Shown in pieces: positions 9,637 through 18,715 of a stretch of DNA of 64,000 bases (positions are counted from its first letter, which is position 1; the number at the start of each line of letters is the position of its first letter). Both the position numbers and the translations under genes were made by a program. The stretch comes from Candidatus Nealsonbacteria bacterium (GTDB taxonomy: Bacteria; Patescibacteriota; Minisyncoccia; Minisyncoccales; JANBVM01): contig CP179887.1 in NCBI GenBank assembly GCA_047456295.1, positions 45,944-109,943 on the forward strand, written 5' to 3'. The notes below the pieces were generated by a model. That model saw nothing but the letters and a program-made list of their open reading frames with translations. It did not search any database and was not told the DNA's origin.

Positions 9637-11076
9637 ATGGAGTTAACAAGTCTTACAATAAAAAAGATTCACGAGGGTTTGCTGAAAAAAGAATTTTCAG
9701 CCCTGGAATTAACCAGGGCCTATCTAGAAAAGGTTAAAAAAGAAGATGTAAAGATCCATTCTTTTTTATCTGTTTGTGAAGACACAGCTGTTTCTCAAGC
9801 AAAAAAGATTGATGAAATGATTTTTGTTGGGAGAGAGATTCCTTTGTTAGCTGGAGTTCCTGTGGCAGTAAAAGACAATATTCTGGTTGAGGATCTGGGA
9901 TGTAGTGCTGGATCCAGGATTTTAAAAAACTATCTCGCTCCTTATGACGCTACCTGTATTAAAAGATTAAGAGAGCAAGGAGTTATAATCTTAGGAAAGA
10001 CAAATCTGGATGAATTTGCCATGGGTTCTTCTACTGAGAATTCTGCTTTCGGGCCGACGAGAAACCCCAGGGATTTAACCAGGGTACCAGGAGGCTCTTC
10101 TGGAGGGTCAGCTGCTGCTGTAGCTGCAAACCTTTGCCTTTTTGCTTTAGGTTCTGATACCGGAGGTTCAATAAGACAACCAGCATCTTTTTGCGGTGTA
10201 GTGGGTTTAAAACCTAGTTACGGGGCTGTATCAAGATATGGTTTGATTGCTTTTGCTTCTTCTTTAGACCAGATAGGTCCAATAACAAGAACCGTGCAAG
10301 ATTGTAAAATAGTGTTTAATGTTATTAAAGGAAAGGATGTATTGGATTCAACCAGTGTTGAAGCTCAATCACAGAAATCTTCAGTTAACCAATCTGTGAA
10401 GGGACTGGTAATAGGAATTCCAAAAGAATACTTTGTTGAAGGAACCGACCCTGAAGTGATAAGATTAATAAAAAGGGCAATAGACAAATATGAAGAAAAG
10501 GGGGCTAAGATTGAACAAATCAGCCTTCCTCATACAGAATATGCTTTACCCTGCTATTATATCATTGCTCCCTCTGAAGCCAGTGCCAATCTTGCCCGTT
10601 ATGATGGAATTAAATACGGATACAGTAAAGGTTTAAAGTCAAAGTCCCACAGTCTTTTAGATGTTTATTTGCAAAGCAGGGGACAGGGATTTGGTGAGGA
10701 AGTCAGGAGAAGAATAATGCTGGGCACTTATGCTCTGTCATCTGGATATTATGATGCTTATTATTTGAGAGCCCAAAAGGTTAGAACATTAATTAAAAAG
10801 GATTTTGATAAAGTCTTTGAAAAGGTTGATGTTATATTTTCCCCTGTGTCTCCCACTCCTGCATTCAAATTAGGAGAGAGAACCAGAGATCCCTTAAAAA
10901 TGTATTTGTCTGACATTTTTACAGCTTCCGTTAATTTAGCTGGATTACCGGCAATTTCCATACCTTGTGGTACAATAGAAAAAGGTTTACCAGTGGGCTT
11001 ACAAATTATTGGGAAACCTTTTGAGGAGGAAAAGATAATGAATATTGCTGAAGTCTTTGAAAAAGAATATATTTAA
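9637..11076 (+). CDS. gatA: Asp/Glu-tRNA amidotransferase subunit A (amidase)
   Basis: amidase signature [13 protein letters not shown]; 479 aa. Confidence 0.9.
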   Translation: MELTSLTIKKIHEGLLKKEFSALELTRAYLEKVKKEDVKIHSFLSVCEDTAVSQAKKIDEMIFVGREIPLLAGVPVAVKDNILVEDLGCSAGSRILKNYLAPYDATCIKRLREQGVIILGKTNLDEFAMGSSTENSAFGPTRNPRDLTRVPGGSSGGSAAAVAANLCLFALGSDTGGSIRQPASFCGVVGLKPSYGAVSRYGLIAFASSLDQIGPITRTVQDCKIVFNVIKGKDVLDSTSVEAQSQKSSVNQSVKGLVIGIPKEYFVEGTDPEVIRLIKRAIDKYEEKGAKIEQISLPHTEYALPCYYIIAPSEASANLARYDGIKYGYSKGLKSKSHSLLDVYLQSRGQGFGEEVRRRIMLGTYALSSGYYDAYYLRAQKVRTLIKKDFDKVFEKVDVIFSPVSPTPAFKLGERTRDPLKMYLSDIFTASVNLAGLPAISIPCGTIEKGLPVGLQIIGKPFEEEKIMNIAEVFEKEYI

Positions 11077-11088
11077 AAAAATACATTT

Positions 11089-11604
11089 ATGGCCTTAGAT
11101 AATATAATTCAATTTATTTTAGACCCTGTTCTTCCTGGTTGGCTTTTGATTGTAAAATTTGTATTTTTGAGCCTGGGTTTATTTTTCATTTTTTTCATTG
11201 TTTGGGCTTTGATTAAGACTACCTGGTTAAAGAGGCTGATTATCTGGGATATAAGGGAAATAATGACTTTCCGGCATTATGGATTGGCCAGAATTGAAAG
11301 GAAATGGATTAAAATCAGAGAGAGATTTGTCATGAATACTGAAGCTGAAGAAAAGTTAGCCATAATAGAAGCTGACAACCTGTTGGATGAGGTTTTAAAG
11401 AAAATGGGTTTTATGGATAAAACCCTGGGTGAAAAACTGGATAAACTAACCATTGATATTCTTTCCAATCTCAATGAGGTTAGAGAGGCCCATAAGATTC
11501 GTTCAAACATTATTCATGATCCAACCTTTCGTTTAGACAGAAACGAAGCAAAAAAAGTTTTTAAAACTTATGAAAAAGCCATGGTTGATTTACAGGTATT
11601 GTAG
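11089..11604 (+). CDS. hypothetical membrane protein
   Basis: one to two N-terminal TM helices, no recognisable domain. Confidence 0.45.
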   Translation: MALDNIIQFILDPVLPGWLLIVKFVFLSLGLFFIFFIVWALIKTTWLKRLIIWDIREIMTFRHYGLARIERKWIKIRERFVMNTEAEEKLAIIEADNLLDEVLKKMGFMDKTLGEKLDKLTIDILSNLNEVREAHKIRSNIIHDPTFRLDRNEAKKVFKTYEKAMVDLQVL

Positions 11605-11648
11605 TTGATGTTGCCTGGTTGCTTTTTTAATTTGCTTTTTAAAAATAT

Positions 11649-11677
11649 TGACTCTCAAGGTTAAAAAAGGTAAAATC
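11649..11677 (+). promoter_or_regulatory. sigma70-like promoter for tRNA cluster (TTGACT-17-TAAAAT)
   Basis: ttgactctcaaggttaaaaaaggtaaaat sits ~12 nt upstream of the first tRNA. Confidence 0.5.
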
Positions 11678-11689
11678 ATGGACATAGAC

Positions 11690-11758
11690 GCGGTGTGGAG
11701 GAGTAGTACCTCGCCAGTCCCATAAGCTGGAGGCCCTGGTGCAATTCCAGGCACCGCA
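11690..11758 (+). tRNA. tRNA with CAT anticodon (Met or Ile2-type), non-canonical T-loop
   Basis: acceptor GCGGTG/CACCGC; anticodon stem CCAGT/GCTGG with loop CCCATAA; T-arm CCTGG-TGCAATT-CCAGG; position 33 is C and T-loop is atypical. Confidence 0.5.
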
Positions 11759-11760
11759 AG

Positions 11761-11833
11761 GCCGGTGTAGCTCAATGGTTAGAGCAATTGCATCATAAGC
11801 AAGAGGTTACAGGTTCGAGTCCCGTCACCGGCA
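11761..11833 (+). tRNA. tRNA-Met (CAT)
   Basis: GCCGGTG acceptor, D-arm GCTC-AATGGTT-GAGC, anticodon loop ATCATAA, T-arm ACAGG-TTCGAGT-CCCGT. Confidence 0.8.
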
Positions 11834-11860
11834 TAAAAATTTACTTTATAATTTTCATAT

Positions 11861-11934
11861 GGGGACGTAGCTCAATTGGTTAGAGCTCGTGATTGTCGAT
11901 CACGAGGTTGCGAGTTCGAGTCTCGTCGTCCCCG
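11861..11934 (+). tRNA. tRNA-Asp (GTC)
   Basis: GGGGACG acceptor; anticodon loop TTGTCGA; T-arm GCGAG-TTCGAGT-CTCGT; discriminator G. Confidence 0.85.
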
Positions 11935-11942
11935 AATTTTCA

Positions 11943-11966
11943 AGCCCCGCCAAGGCGGGGTTTTGA
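11943..11966 (+). terminator. intrinsic terminator after tRNA-Asp
   Basis: ccccgccaaggcgggg hairpin followed by TTTT. Confidence 0.6.
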
Positions 11967-12461
11967 GTTATATTGGGCAGGTAAGCTATTGACAAAATTA
12001 AAATGGTGTGATATAATTTAAATATGATAGGAAATAAGAAAACTGGAATAAGTGCCGATCGGTTCAAAGAGTTACAAGAATTGGCTGGCAAAATCCAGAA
12101 GATAAAGAAAAACCTGATTAGTCGCAGTCCTCAATTATCAACAGAGGAGGCGGCGCAGGTTGAGAGATTTTTCGAGCCGTTGTTAAAATCTCTTGCCAAA
12201 GTGTTAAATGGTGTTAAAAATAACTAAATCCTATTTTTTTTATTTTTTATTTATTGTTCTTTACAATCAATCCTATTTTTCAAGCCCATAACTTACTTGT
12301 GATTTTGAAAAAGCCCGAAACCACCTTTGAGGTGGTTTTTGGTTTAGGCAGGAAAGTAGTCGAGAAAGCTATCTATTTTCTCCATCATTTCTTCAGGATT
12401 CTCTATAGAATCAAGCCATTCCAGAGTTCGAAAATAGTCTCGTCGTCCCCGCCACAATAAG

Positions 12462-12499
12462 AAATCGCCTTTTAGGTGATTTTTTTGTAGAATAGGAAT
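12462..12499 (+). promoter_or_regulatory. repeat module A: hairpin + T-run + extended -10 + leaderless ATG
   Basis: aatcgcc-tttta-ggtgatt stem, ttttttGTAGAAT, aggaatATG. Confidence 0.5.
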
Positions 12500-13471
12500 A
12501 TGAAAATAATTAACCTCAAAAAGATTTTTTCAAGCATTCTGAAGCCGACTCCGCCTTATAATTTTAATGTAACAATCCATAAGCCGTCGCATTTCCCCTC
12601 GTCTGATAATGAATGGTCAAAAGGGAAATACTGGATAACAATGGTTTGGAGAGGCAAGTATCTGGGATTAAAATTGGAAAATAAGGGAACGGTAAAAAGA
12701 CCAAAGATAAGGTTTAGCGTATATTCAAAAAAGCCCCTATTAAAGTCATATAAGGATAGTTTAATGACAGAAATAGAATGGAGGTTTAATCTGAAGTCGG
12801 ATATTTCAGAATTTGCTAGAAAGTTCAAAAAAGATAAAATTTTAAAACCTTTATTAAAAAAATGGCAAGGAATGAAACCAGTAGCTGCTAATTCGTTATA
12901 TGAAACGCTTGTCATATATATTGTTTTACAGAATGCCGTAGTTCGTCGTTCGGTTCAGATGTTGGAGAATCTTTTTAATAAGTTTGGTAAGAAGGTGAGA
13001 TTTGACAACAAAACCCTTTCTACTTTTTGGGAGCCAAAAGCTATAAATAAAGTTTCAGAGCAAACATTAAGAGATTTAAAGTTAGGTTACAGAGCTAAAT
13101 TCTTAAAGAAAATCAGTTTACAGTTCGTCAAAGGAAAGATTGATGAATTTAAAATGAGAAAGATGGAGAGAGAAGAGTTAAAAAAGAAAGCATTAAAACT
13201 TTACGGAATTGGACCTGCTTCTGTAGAGTATCTTTTATTTGAGGATTTTTATCATTACAATGCCTTAGAAACTATTCCTCCCTGGGAACAGAAAATAATG
13301 TCTAAGTTGTTATTTAACAAGAAGTTAGTTTCTACTAAAAAAATCTTAAACTTCTTCAGAAAAAGATATTCAGGATGGGAGAAATTAGCCTTTCACTATA
13401 TCTGGGAAGATATCTTCTGGAAAAGAAAAACCCAGAAAATAGATTGGTTGGAAAAAGAAATCCGACTATAA
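12500..13471 (+). CDS. AlkA-like HhH-GPD DNA glycosylase
   Basis: HhH-GPD motif LYGIGPASVEYLLF near C-terminus; AlkA-N-like N-terminal domain. Confidence 0.65.
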   Translation: MKIINLKKIFSSILKPTPPYNFNVTIHKPSHFPSSDNEWSKGKYWITMVWRGKYLGLKLENKGTVKRPKIRFSVYSKKPLLKSYKDSLMTEIEWRFNLKSDISEFARKFKKDKILKPLLKKWQGMKPVAANSLYETLVIYIVLQNAVVRRSVQMLENLFNKFGKKVRFDNKTLSTFWEPKAINKVSEQTLRDLKLGYRAKFLKKISLQFVKGKIDEFKMRKMEREELKKKALKLYGIGPASVEYLLFEDFYHYNALETIPPWEQKIMSKLLFNKKLVSTKKILNFFRKRYSGWEKLAFHYIWEDIFWKRKTQKIDWLEKEIRL

Positions 13472-13508
13472 AATCGCCAAGCAGGCAGTTTCTTGGTAGG
13501 ATGGAAAT
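13470..13508 (+). promoter_or_regulatory. repeat module B (degenerate)
   Basis: aaatcgccaagcaggcagtttcttgGTAGGATggaaatATG. Confidence 0.4.
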
Positions 13509-13922
13509 ATGAAAAAAATCTTATTTGTCTATTTAGGTAATGTTGCCAGAAGCCAGATGGCTGAGGCATATTATAATCATTTTACAAATTCCAACAATGC
13601 AACAAGTGCTGGCATTTTAGATTTTACTCCAGTAAGATACGGTTATCCTATAAAAGAAGTTGTTCGGGCGATGAAAGAAGAAAGTATAGACGTATCCAAA
13701 AATAAAGTCAAAACCATAACAAGAGAGATGGTAAAAGAAAATGATAAGATTTTTGTTATGTGTAAGAAAGAAGAATGTCCTAACTTTCTATTGAATTCTG
13801 GTAAAGTTACTTTTTGGAATGTTGGTGACCCTTTTGATACAGATTTAGAAAATTTCAGAAGAATTAGGGATAAAATTAGGGGGAAAGTAGAACAACTGAT
13901 TACAGAAAAAAGAATTAATTAA
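13509..13922 (+). CDS. LMW-PTP/ArsC-fold protein with catalytic Cys replaced (predicted inactive)
   Basis: P-loop region ILFVYLGNVARSQMAEA aligns with CTGNICRS; both Cys replaced (Y, A), Arg retained. Confidence 0.6.
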   Translation: MKKILFVYLGNVARSQMAEAYYNHFTNSNNATSAGILDFTPVRYGYPIKEVVRAMKEESIDVSKNKVKTITREMVKENDKIFVMCKKEECPNFLLNSGKVTFWNVGDPFDTDLENFRRIRDKIRGKVEQLITEKRIN

Positions 13923-14191
13923 TATTTAATCATTCAATTATTGCGATACGCGGAAAATTATTCCAAAACCAAGTTTTAATTATATCCAACCATCCCCGCC
14001 AAATTGTAATTCAAAGAATCAAGGTTCTGAGGAGCGGTAGCGACGAATGGTTCTTATAAAATTGGATGTAATTAGATATAATTCGAGCTTTTTGTTCGGA
14101 TTTTTTTCACAAAATTACACAAAATTAGTTTGATATTTTTTTAAAATTTGTTACACTAAATTTAGGCCTCCTCGAATTTAGTGAAAATTTT

Positions 14192-14764
14192 ATGAAACAA
14201 AAAGAAGTATTATTTATTACGGGCAATAAAAGTAAATTAGCTGAGACAACTAAGATGGCTGAAAGATTCTCAGTAAAGATAGTAGGGCAAAAAGCTAATT
14301 TATTTGAGCCAATGGTATCCGATTCTACTAAAATCTTAATTGACAAAGCAAAGGATGCATATAAAAAGTTTGGTAAGCCTTTAATCGTTGATGATGCTGG
14401 TATTTACTTTGGAGCTTATCCTAATTTTCCTGGTGTATTCACGAAATTTATTATTAAGTTGCTTGGTTTTAATGGAATCATTAAGTTATTAGAAGGAAAA
14501 AGCAAAGACGCTTACTTCAAGTGCACAATTGGTTTTATTGACGAAAAGTTAGACCAGCCTCTTTTATTTGAAGGTATATCTAAGGGGAAAATAACCGAGA
14601 AAATTTCGATAAACTTCAATGGAAATTTCGAATTTAATAGTATTTTTATTCCTGAGGGAGAAAGTAAAACTTTTTCAGAAATGTCAATTGAGGAACGTAG
14701 TAAACACTGTCATAGAGATAGAGCGTTAGAGAAATTTTTAAGTTGGTATGTTAAAGAATATTAG
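14192..14764 (+). CDS. Ham1/RdgB-family non-canonical purine NTP pyrophosphatase
   Basis: FITGNKSKLAE N-terminal motif and C-terminal SKHCHRDRAL motif. Confidence 0.75.
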   Translation: MKQKEVLFITGNKSKLAETTKMAERFSVKIVGQKANLFEPMVSDSTKILIDKAKDAYKKFGKPLIVDDAGIYFGAYPNFPGVFTKFIIKLLGFNGIIKLLEGKSKDAYFKCTIGFIDEKLDQPLLFEGISKGKITEKISINFNGNFEFNSIFIPEGESKTFSEMSIEERSKHCHRDRALEKFLSWYVKEY

Positions 14765-14769
14765 TAAAA

Positions 14770-15396
14770 ATGAAATATATTAAAAAGGAAACAATTGGGG
14801 CGAGTTGGTTAAAAGCAGTAGAGGTGGTTATGGAAGAAGGAAACGATTTTTATGATCGCGATGTTAAGATAAAGGAGTTACTTGATCTTTTCATTGAGAT
14901 AAAAGATGCTCTTCTAATTGACGACGTGATAAAGAAACATGGAGATAAGTATATGATAGAACAACTAAAAATAGTTTTATTGGATACAAAACCAGGTGAG
15001 TGGGGGTGGAGTTATGGACAAAGGTTGTTTGGAGATAGTAACTATTTTAACCAAATAGAATTTATTGTAAATAAATTAAAGAGGAAACCGGAAACAAAAT
15101 CAGCTACCGTAACTTGTTTATTTCCTAAGGAGGATTTTCAGAAGGGAGCTCACATTCCATGTATTTGTCTTTTGGATTTTAAAATTAGAGATAATAGGTT
15201 GAACATGAGTGTTTGTTTAAGAAGCCAAGATATTGCTAAAAAGATGTATGGGGATGCGCTTGCTTTAGGTAAACTCATGGAAAAAGTAGCTAACGAATTA
15301 GATGTCTTGACGGGTAATCTTAAACTGTACATTATGTCGGCTCATATTTATGAAAACGAGTTTGAGAAAATGAGAAAAATAATAGGAAACTCTTAA
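14770..15396 (+). CDS. thymidylate-synthase-fold enzyme, short methanogen-type (paralog A)
   Basis: AHIPCICLLDF...LNMSVCLRSQD...SAHIYENEF: catalytic Cys and RSQD / HIYxN TS motifs; 208 aa. Confidence 0.7.
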   Translation: MKYIKKETIGASWLKAVEVVMEEGNDFYDRDVKIKELLDLFIEIKDALLIDDVIKKHGDKYMIEQLKIVLLDTKPGEWGWSYGQRLFGDSNYFNQIEFIVNKLKRKPETKSATVTCLFPKEDFQKGAHIPCICLLDFKIRDNRLNMSVCLRSQDIAKKMYGDALALGKLMEKVANELDVLTGNLKLYIMSAHIYENEFEKMRKIIGNS

Positions 15397-15582
15397 AATA
15401 AATAAATTCACCATAAACATTCTGATAGTGATAAGCTTACTATAATAAGTTTATTTTTTTTATTGTTGAGCAATCCTGAAATAATATGGGTCTTGATAAT
15501 TCAAAGAAATACTGTATTATATGAATAGCTATAAGATATATTTCCAATAGCAAAGTTCTTTATAACTTAAAAGAGGTGAAAT

Positions 15583-16152
15583 GAGATAAAAGTTATATAT
15601 GTAGGAGGAGTTAAGGGTGTTGGTAAAACCTTTGTCCTTCGTGAGGTCTTTAGGCAACTATCTTTAGAAAAAGTGCCTTTTAAGAAGGCAAAAGTTGCAA
15701 AAGTTATGTTTGATCTATTAAAAAGATACGGTATGGTTGAGAAGTATGATGAGTTAGAAAATATTAGTGTCGAAATAAAAGATTGTATTCGCAAAGAATC
15801 TTTCAAAAAAATACTGAAAGATAAAAATGAAAATTTGATTTTCGATGGCCATTATTCAATATCGTCACAGTTTGGTTATGAGTATGGAATTCCATTGAAT
15901 TTTATAAAAGAAATTGATCACTTAGTATTATTATATAACAATGAAGATGTTGTTCGCAGGAGAAGGTTAGAAGATAAATCTAAAAAAAGAGAGACAAGTT
16001 TAGAGAAAGTAATAATAGACTTAATAATAGAGGAAGCGTTTGCTGAGTTTTATGCGAGATTACGGGGTAGAAAGTTAAAGAAGATAGAAACTAATAATAA
16101 AGCCAGTGTCAGTTTAAAAGATTTTATAAAGGAGGTGTTTGAAAGTGGTTAG
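15583..16152 (+). CDS. P-loop nucleotide/nucleoside kinase-like protein (start uncertain)
   Basis: in-frame upstream extension encodes Walker A VIYVGGVKGVGKTF but has no ATG/GTG/TTG before it; ORF-track start 15673 is a GTG. Confidence 0.5.
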   Translation, partial: EIKVIYVGGVKGVGKTFVLREVFRQLSLEKVPFKKAKVAKVMFDLLKRYGMVEKYDELENISVEIKDCIRKESFKKILKDKNENLIFDGHYSISSQFGYEYGIPLNFIKEIDHLVLLYNNEDVVRRRRLEDKSKKRETSLEKVIIDLIIEEAFAEFYARLRGRKLKKIETNNKASVSLKDFIKEVFESG

Positions 16153-16789
16153 ATTAATAGAAGCAGATAATATTTCAGAAGCATGGTTAAAGGGATGTGA
16201 ATGTATTATAAATTACGGCTTTAGAACGAAAAGAAAAATCAAACTCCATAATTTGATTGCTGAGATTAAAAATATAACTCTAGATAAATACATAGATGAG
16301 CAATTTAGAAATTATATGAATCTAAGAATATTCAAGCGAACATTGGATATCGTTTCTTCAGATCAAAACCTCAATTCACATCCTAATTATTGGAGACGCT
16401 TGAAAGGAAAGGAAGAATTTAAGATAGACCAAGTGGCCCGCGTTATTTCCAGACTTAGAAAGCAGCCTCATTCAACCAAGCTTACCTTATGTATTTACAG
16501 CCCTAACGATTTCAAAAAGATGTATACACCTTGTATTTTATGTGCTGAATTAAGAGTGAATAAGAGGCGTCTTAATATGACCGCTTTTATCAGAAGTCAA
16601 GATTTCGCAAATAAAAGTTATGCTGATTATATAGGTTTATCATCTATTCTTAAACGAATTGGAGAGAATAGTAACATAAAACCAGGAGCAATTCTTACTC
16701 ATACTATAACCGCATTTATTGCCTATAAAGACCTAAGCCGAATGAAATCCTTTTTAAATATCATAAGGGAAAAGAAAATATCAAATTAG
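16139..16789 (+). CDS. thymidylate-synthase-fold enzyme (paralog B, divergent C-terminal motif)
   Basis: YTPCILCAELRVNKRRLNMTAFIRSQD; C-terminal THTITAFIAY replaces HIYEN. Confidence 0.65.
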   Translation: MKVVRLIEADNISEAWLKGCECIINYGFRTKRKIKLHNLIAEIKNITLDKYIDEQFRNYMNLRIFKRTLDIVSSDQNLNSHPNYWRRLKGKEEFKIDQVARVISRLRKQPHSTKLTLCIYSPNDFKKMYTPCILCAELRVNKRRLNMTAFIRSQDFANKSYADYIGLSSILKRIGENSNIKPGAILTHTITAFIAYKDLSRMKSFLNIIREKKISN

Positions 16790-16892
16790 TTATATGCACC
16801 AGCACCAGTTTATAATGTAAACTTATAAACTGGATTTTTTATATAAGCTAAGAAATACAATAGTACTTATATGAAGGAGAAAAAGACAATAA

Positions 16893-17105
16893 ATTCATCC
16901 AGGTTTTAGTTAAAGATTCAGACATAGGTTTGGACAGGAAAGACAAAAACAATCTTTTTAAGCTCTTCCATAGGGGAGAAAAAGCCACTTCTTTGTATCT
17001 TAACGGCTTAGGTTTAGGGCTCTTTATTGTTAAAAACCTGATCGAATTCCACAAGGGCGCGGTTAAAACTAAAAGCGAGGAGGGGAGAGAAGTACCTTTA
17101 TCATA
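16893..17105 (+). pseudogene. histidine kinase HATPase_c C-terminal fragment
   Basis: translation DSDIGLDRKDKNNLFKLFHRGEKATSLYLNGLGLGLFIVKNLIEFHKGAVKTKSEEG (G2 box GLGLGL) with no upstream HisKA in frame. Confidence 0.6.
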
Positions 17106-17189
17106 AAAATACCTTTCATGGTAGAGGTTTAAGAGGATAATCCTTCCAGAATTCATTTCTAACCATGCTTAACCATTCTCGTCACACTA

Positions 17190-17228
17190 AGTCGCATTTG
17201 AAGTGATTTTTTGATAGAATCGAAATAT
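17190..17228 (+). promoter_or_regulatory. repeat module C
   Basis: gtcgcatttgaagtgatttttTGATAGAATcgaaatATG; this ATG opens only a 15-codon ORF overlapping the rlmN start. Confidence 0.45.
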
Positions 17229-17254
17229 GAAAAAAGATTTAAGATTATCAAGAT

Positions 17255-18250
17255 ATGGATTTAGCTCTTCTTAAAAAAATTCTTGTAAAAGAACCATCTT
17301 TTCGTTTAAGGCAAGCGAAAAGAGCTATATTTAGAGACTTGATTGAAGATTGGTCAGGAGTTACAACCTTCCCTTTGTCTTTACGAGAAAAATTGAAAGA
17401 AAAATATCCTTTAAAAATTCAAGCTAAAACTTTTACCTCTAGAGACAAAAGAACAGTCAAAGCTGTTATTAATTTAAAAGACAATTTGAAAATTGAAACA
17501 GTTTTAATGCGCCATAAGAATAAGAGAAATACTGTTTGTGTTTCATCTCAGGTTGGCTGTGCTTTAGGTTGTATCTTTTGTGCTACTGGAAAGGCTGGTT
17601 TCAAAAGAAATCTTGAGGCTTTTGAAATTGTAGAACAGGTTTTATTTTTTGCTCGTTATTTAAAAAAAGAGAAACAAAAGATTACCAATATTGTCTTTAT
17701 GGGAATGGGAGAACCTTTTTTAAATTATGATAGTGTTTTGAACGCTATTAAAGTCCTAAACGATAAAGAAGGATTTAATTTGGGAGCAAGACGATTTTCA
17801 ATCTCTACTGTAGGAATTATAGAGGGTATTAAAAAATTGGCTGAAGAAAAACTTGAAGTGAATTTGGCAATTTCTCTTCATGCACCTGATGATACCCTGC
17901 GTTCAAAAATTATACCAATTAATAGAAAATATCCTCTTTCAAAAGTTTTAAAAGCAGTTGATGAGTATATTAAAAAGACTCGGCGTAGAGTAATGTTTGA
18001 ATACATAATGATAAAAGGATTAAATGATTCAGATGAGTATGCGAAAAAATTAGCAGAATTAATGAAGAAAAGAGAGCTTTCTTTTGTGAACCTTATTTCT
18101 TACAATCCCACAGGAATTTTTAAACCCTCTCTGAGTACAAGAATAAAAAAATTCAAAGATATTTTAGAAAAAGCAGGAATAGCCGTTACTCAGAGATATC
18201 GTTTTGGACAAGATATTAAGGGGGCTTGTGGTCAGCTAGCAGCTAAATAA
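17255..18250 (+). CDS. rlmN: 23S rRNA/tRNA m2A radical-SAM methyltransferase
   Basis: CVSSQVGCALGCIFCATG radical SAM motif, 331 aa. Confidence 0.85.
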   Translation: MDLALLKKILVKEPSFRLRQAKRAIFRDLIEDWSGVTTFPLSLREKLKEKYPLKIQAKTFTSRDKRTVKAVINLKDNLKIETVLMRHKNKRNTVCVSSQVGCALGCIFCATGKAGFKRNLEAFEIVEQVLFFARYLKKEKQKITNIVFMGMGEPFLNYDSVLNAIKVLNDKEGFNLGARRFSISTVGIIEGIKKLAEEKLEVNLAISLHAPDDTLRSKIIPINRKYPLSKVLKAVDEYIKKTRRRVMFEYIMIKGLNDSDEYAKKLAELMKKRELSFVNLISYNPTGIFKPSLSTRIKKFKDILEKAGIAVTQRYRFGQDIKGACGQLAAK

Positions 18251-18715
18251 GTTTATTAATTAAAGATCAGATTAACCAATAAAAAAATCAAAAATCTGAC
18301 CAAGAGATATAGAGATAACTAATACTGCTAATTTTAGTCTTTCTGAAGAGTTTTTTTCTTAAGACCATAAGACAGTTTTTGTTTAGGTGGCTGACTTCAT
18401 CGTCCATCCGTTATTATAAGTAATTTATCAGGTTTTTTTCAAAATCCACCTAACTAAAATTCTAAAATCGTTTCGTAGTCCCCGAATACCACTGCCCAGC
18501 GGGGACATTTTTGTTTTAAGTTGTTGAATAATTCTCCCAAAACCAATTTCCAATACATTTAATTCTCTCTCTTTTCGTAAGTTAAAGTTGGTTTTGGTAG
18601 GTGGGGACCTTAAAAATACCAAATAATGGGTATTTTTCATCTTAATTTATTATTTTTTATTCACACCCTTGAGCTTGATTTTACCTTAATTTTAAGCTAA
18701 AATGAATATGAGATT

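Noticed and set aside
11690-11833. Assigning one of the two CAT tRNAs as initiator tRNA
   Set aside because: Neither has the three consecutive G-C pairs in the anticodon stem or a 1-72 mismatch, so identity is left as Met/Ile2-type.
12254-12460. 68-aa ORF 12254..12460
   Set aside because: It spans a terminator hairpin, a repeat family copy and the tRNA-Asp 3' fragment. Coding is not plausible.
15581-15589. ATG at 15581 as the kinase start
   Set aside because: It is out of frame with the Walker-A-containing reading frame and hits a stop after two codons. The true start is unresolved, possibly a non-canonical start or a decayed 5' end.
18520-18715. T-box riboswitch upstream of pheS (ggtaggtggggacc resembles the AGGGTGGNACC core)
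   Set aside because: The downstream CGCGG and a specifier/antiterminator architecture could not be found, so the match is too weak.
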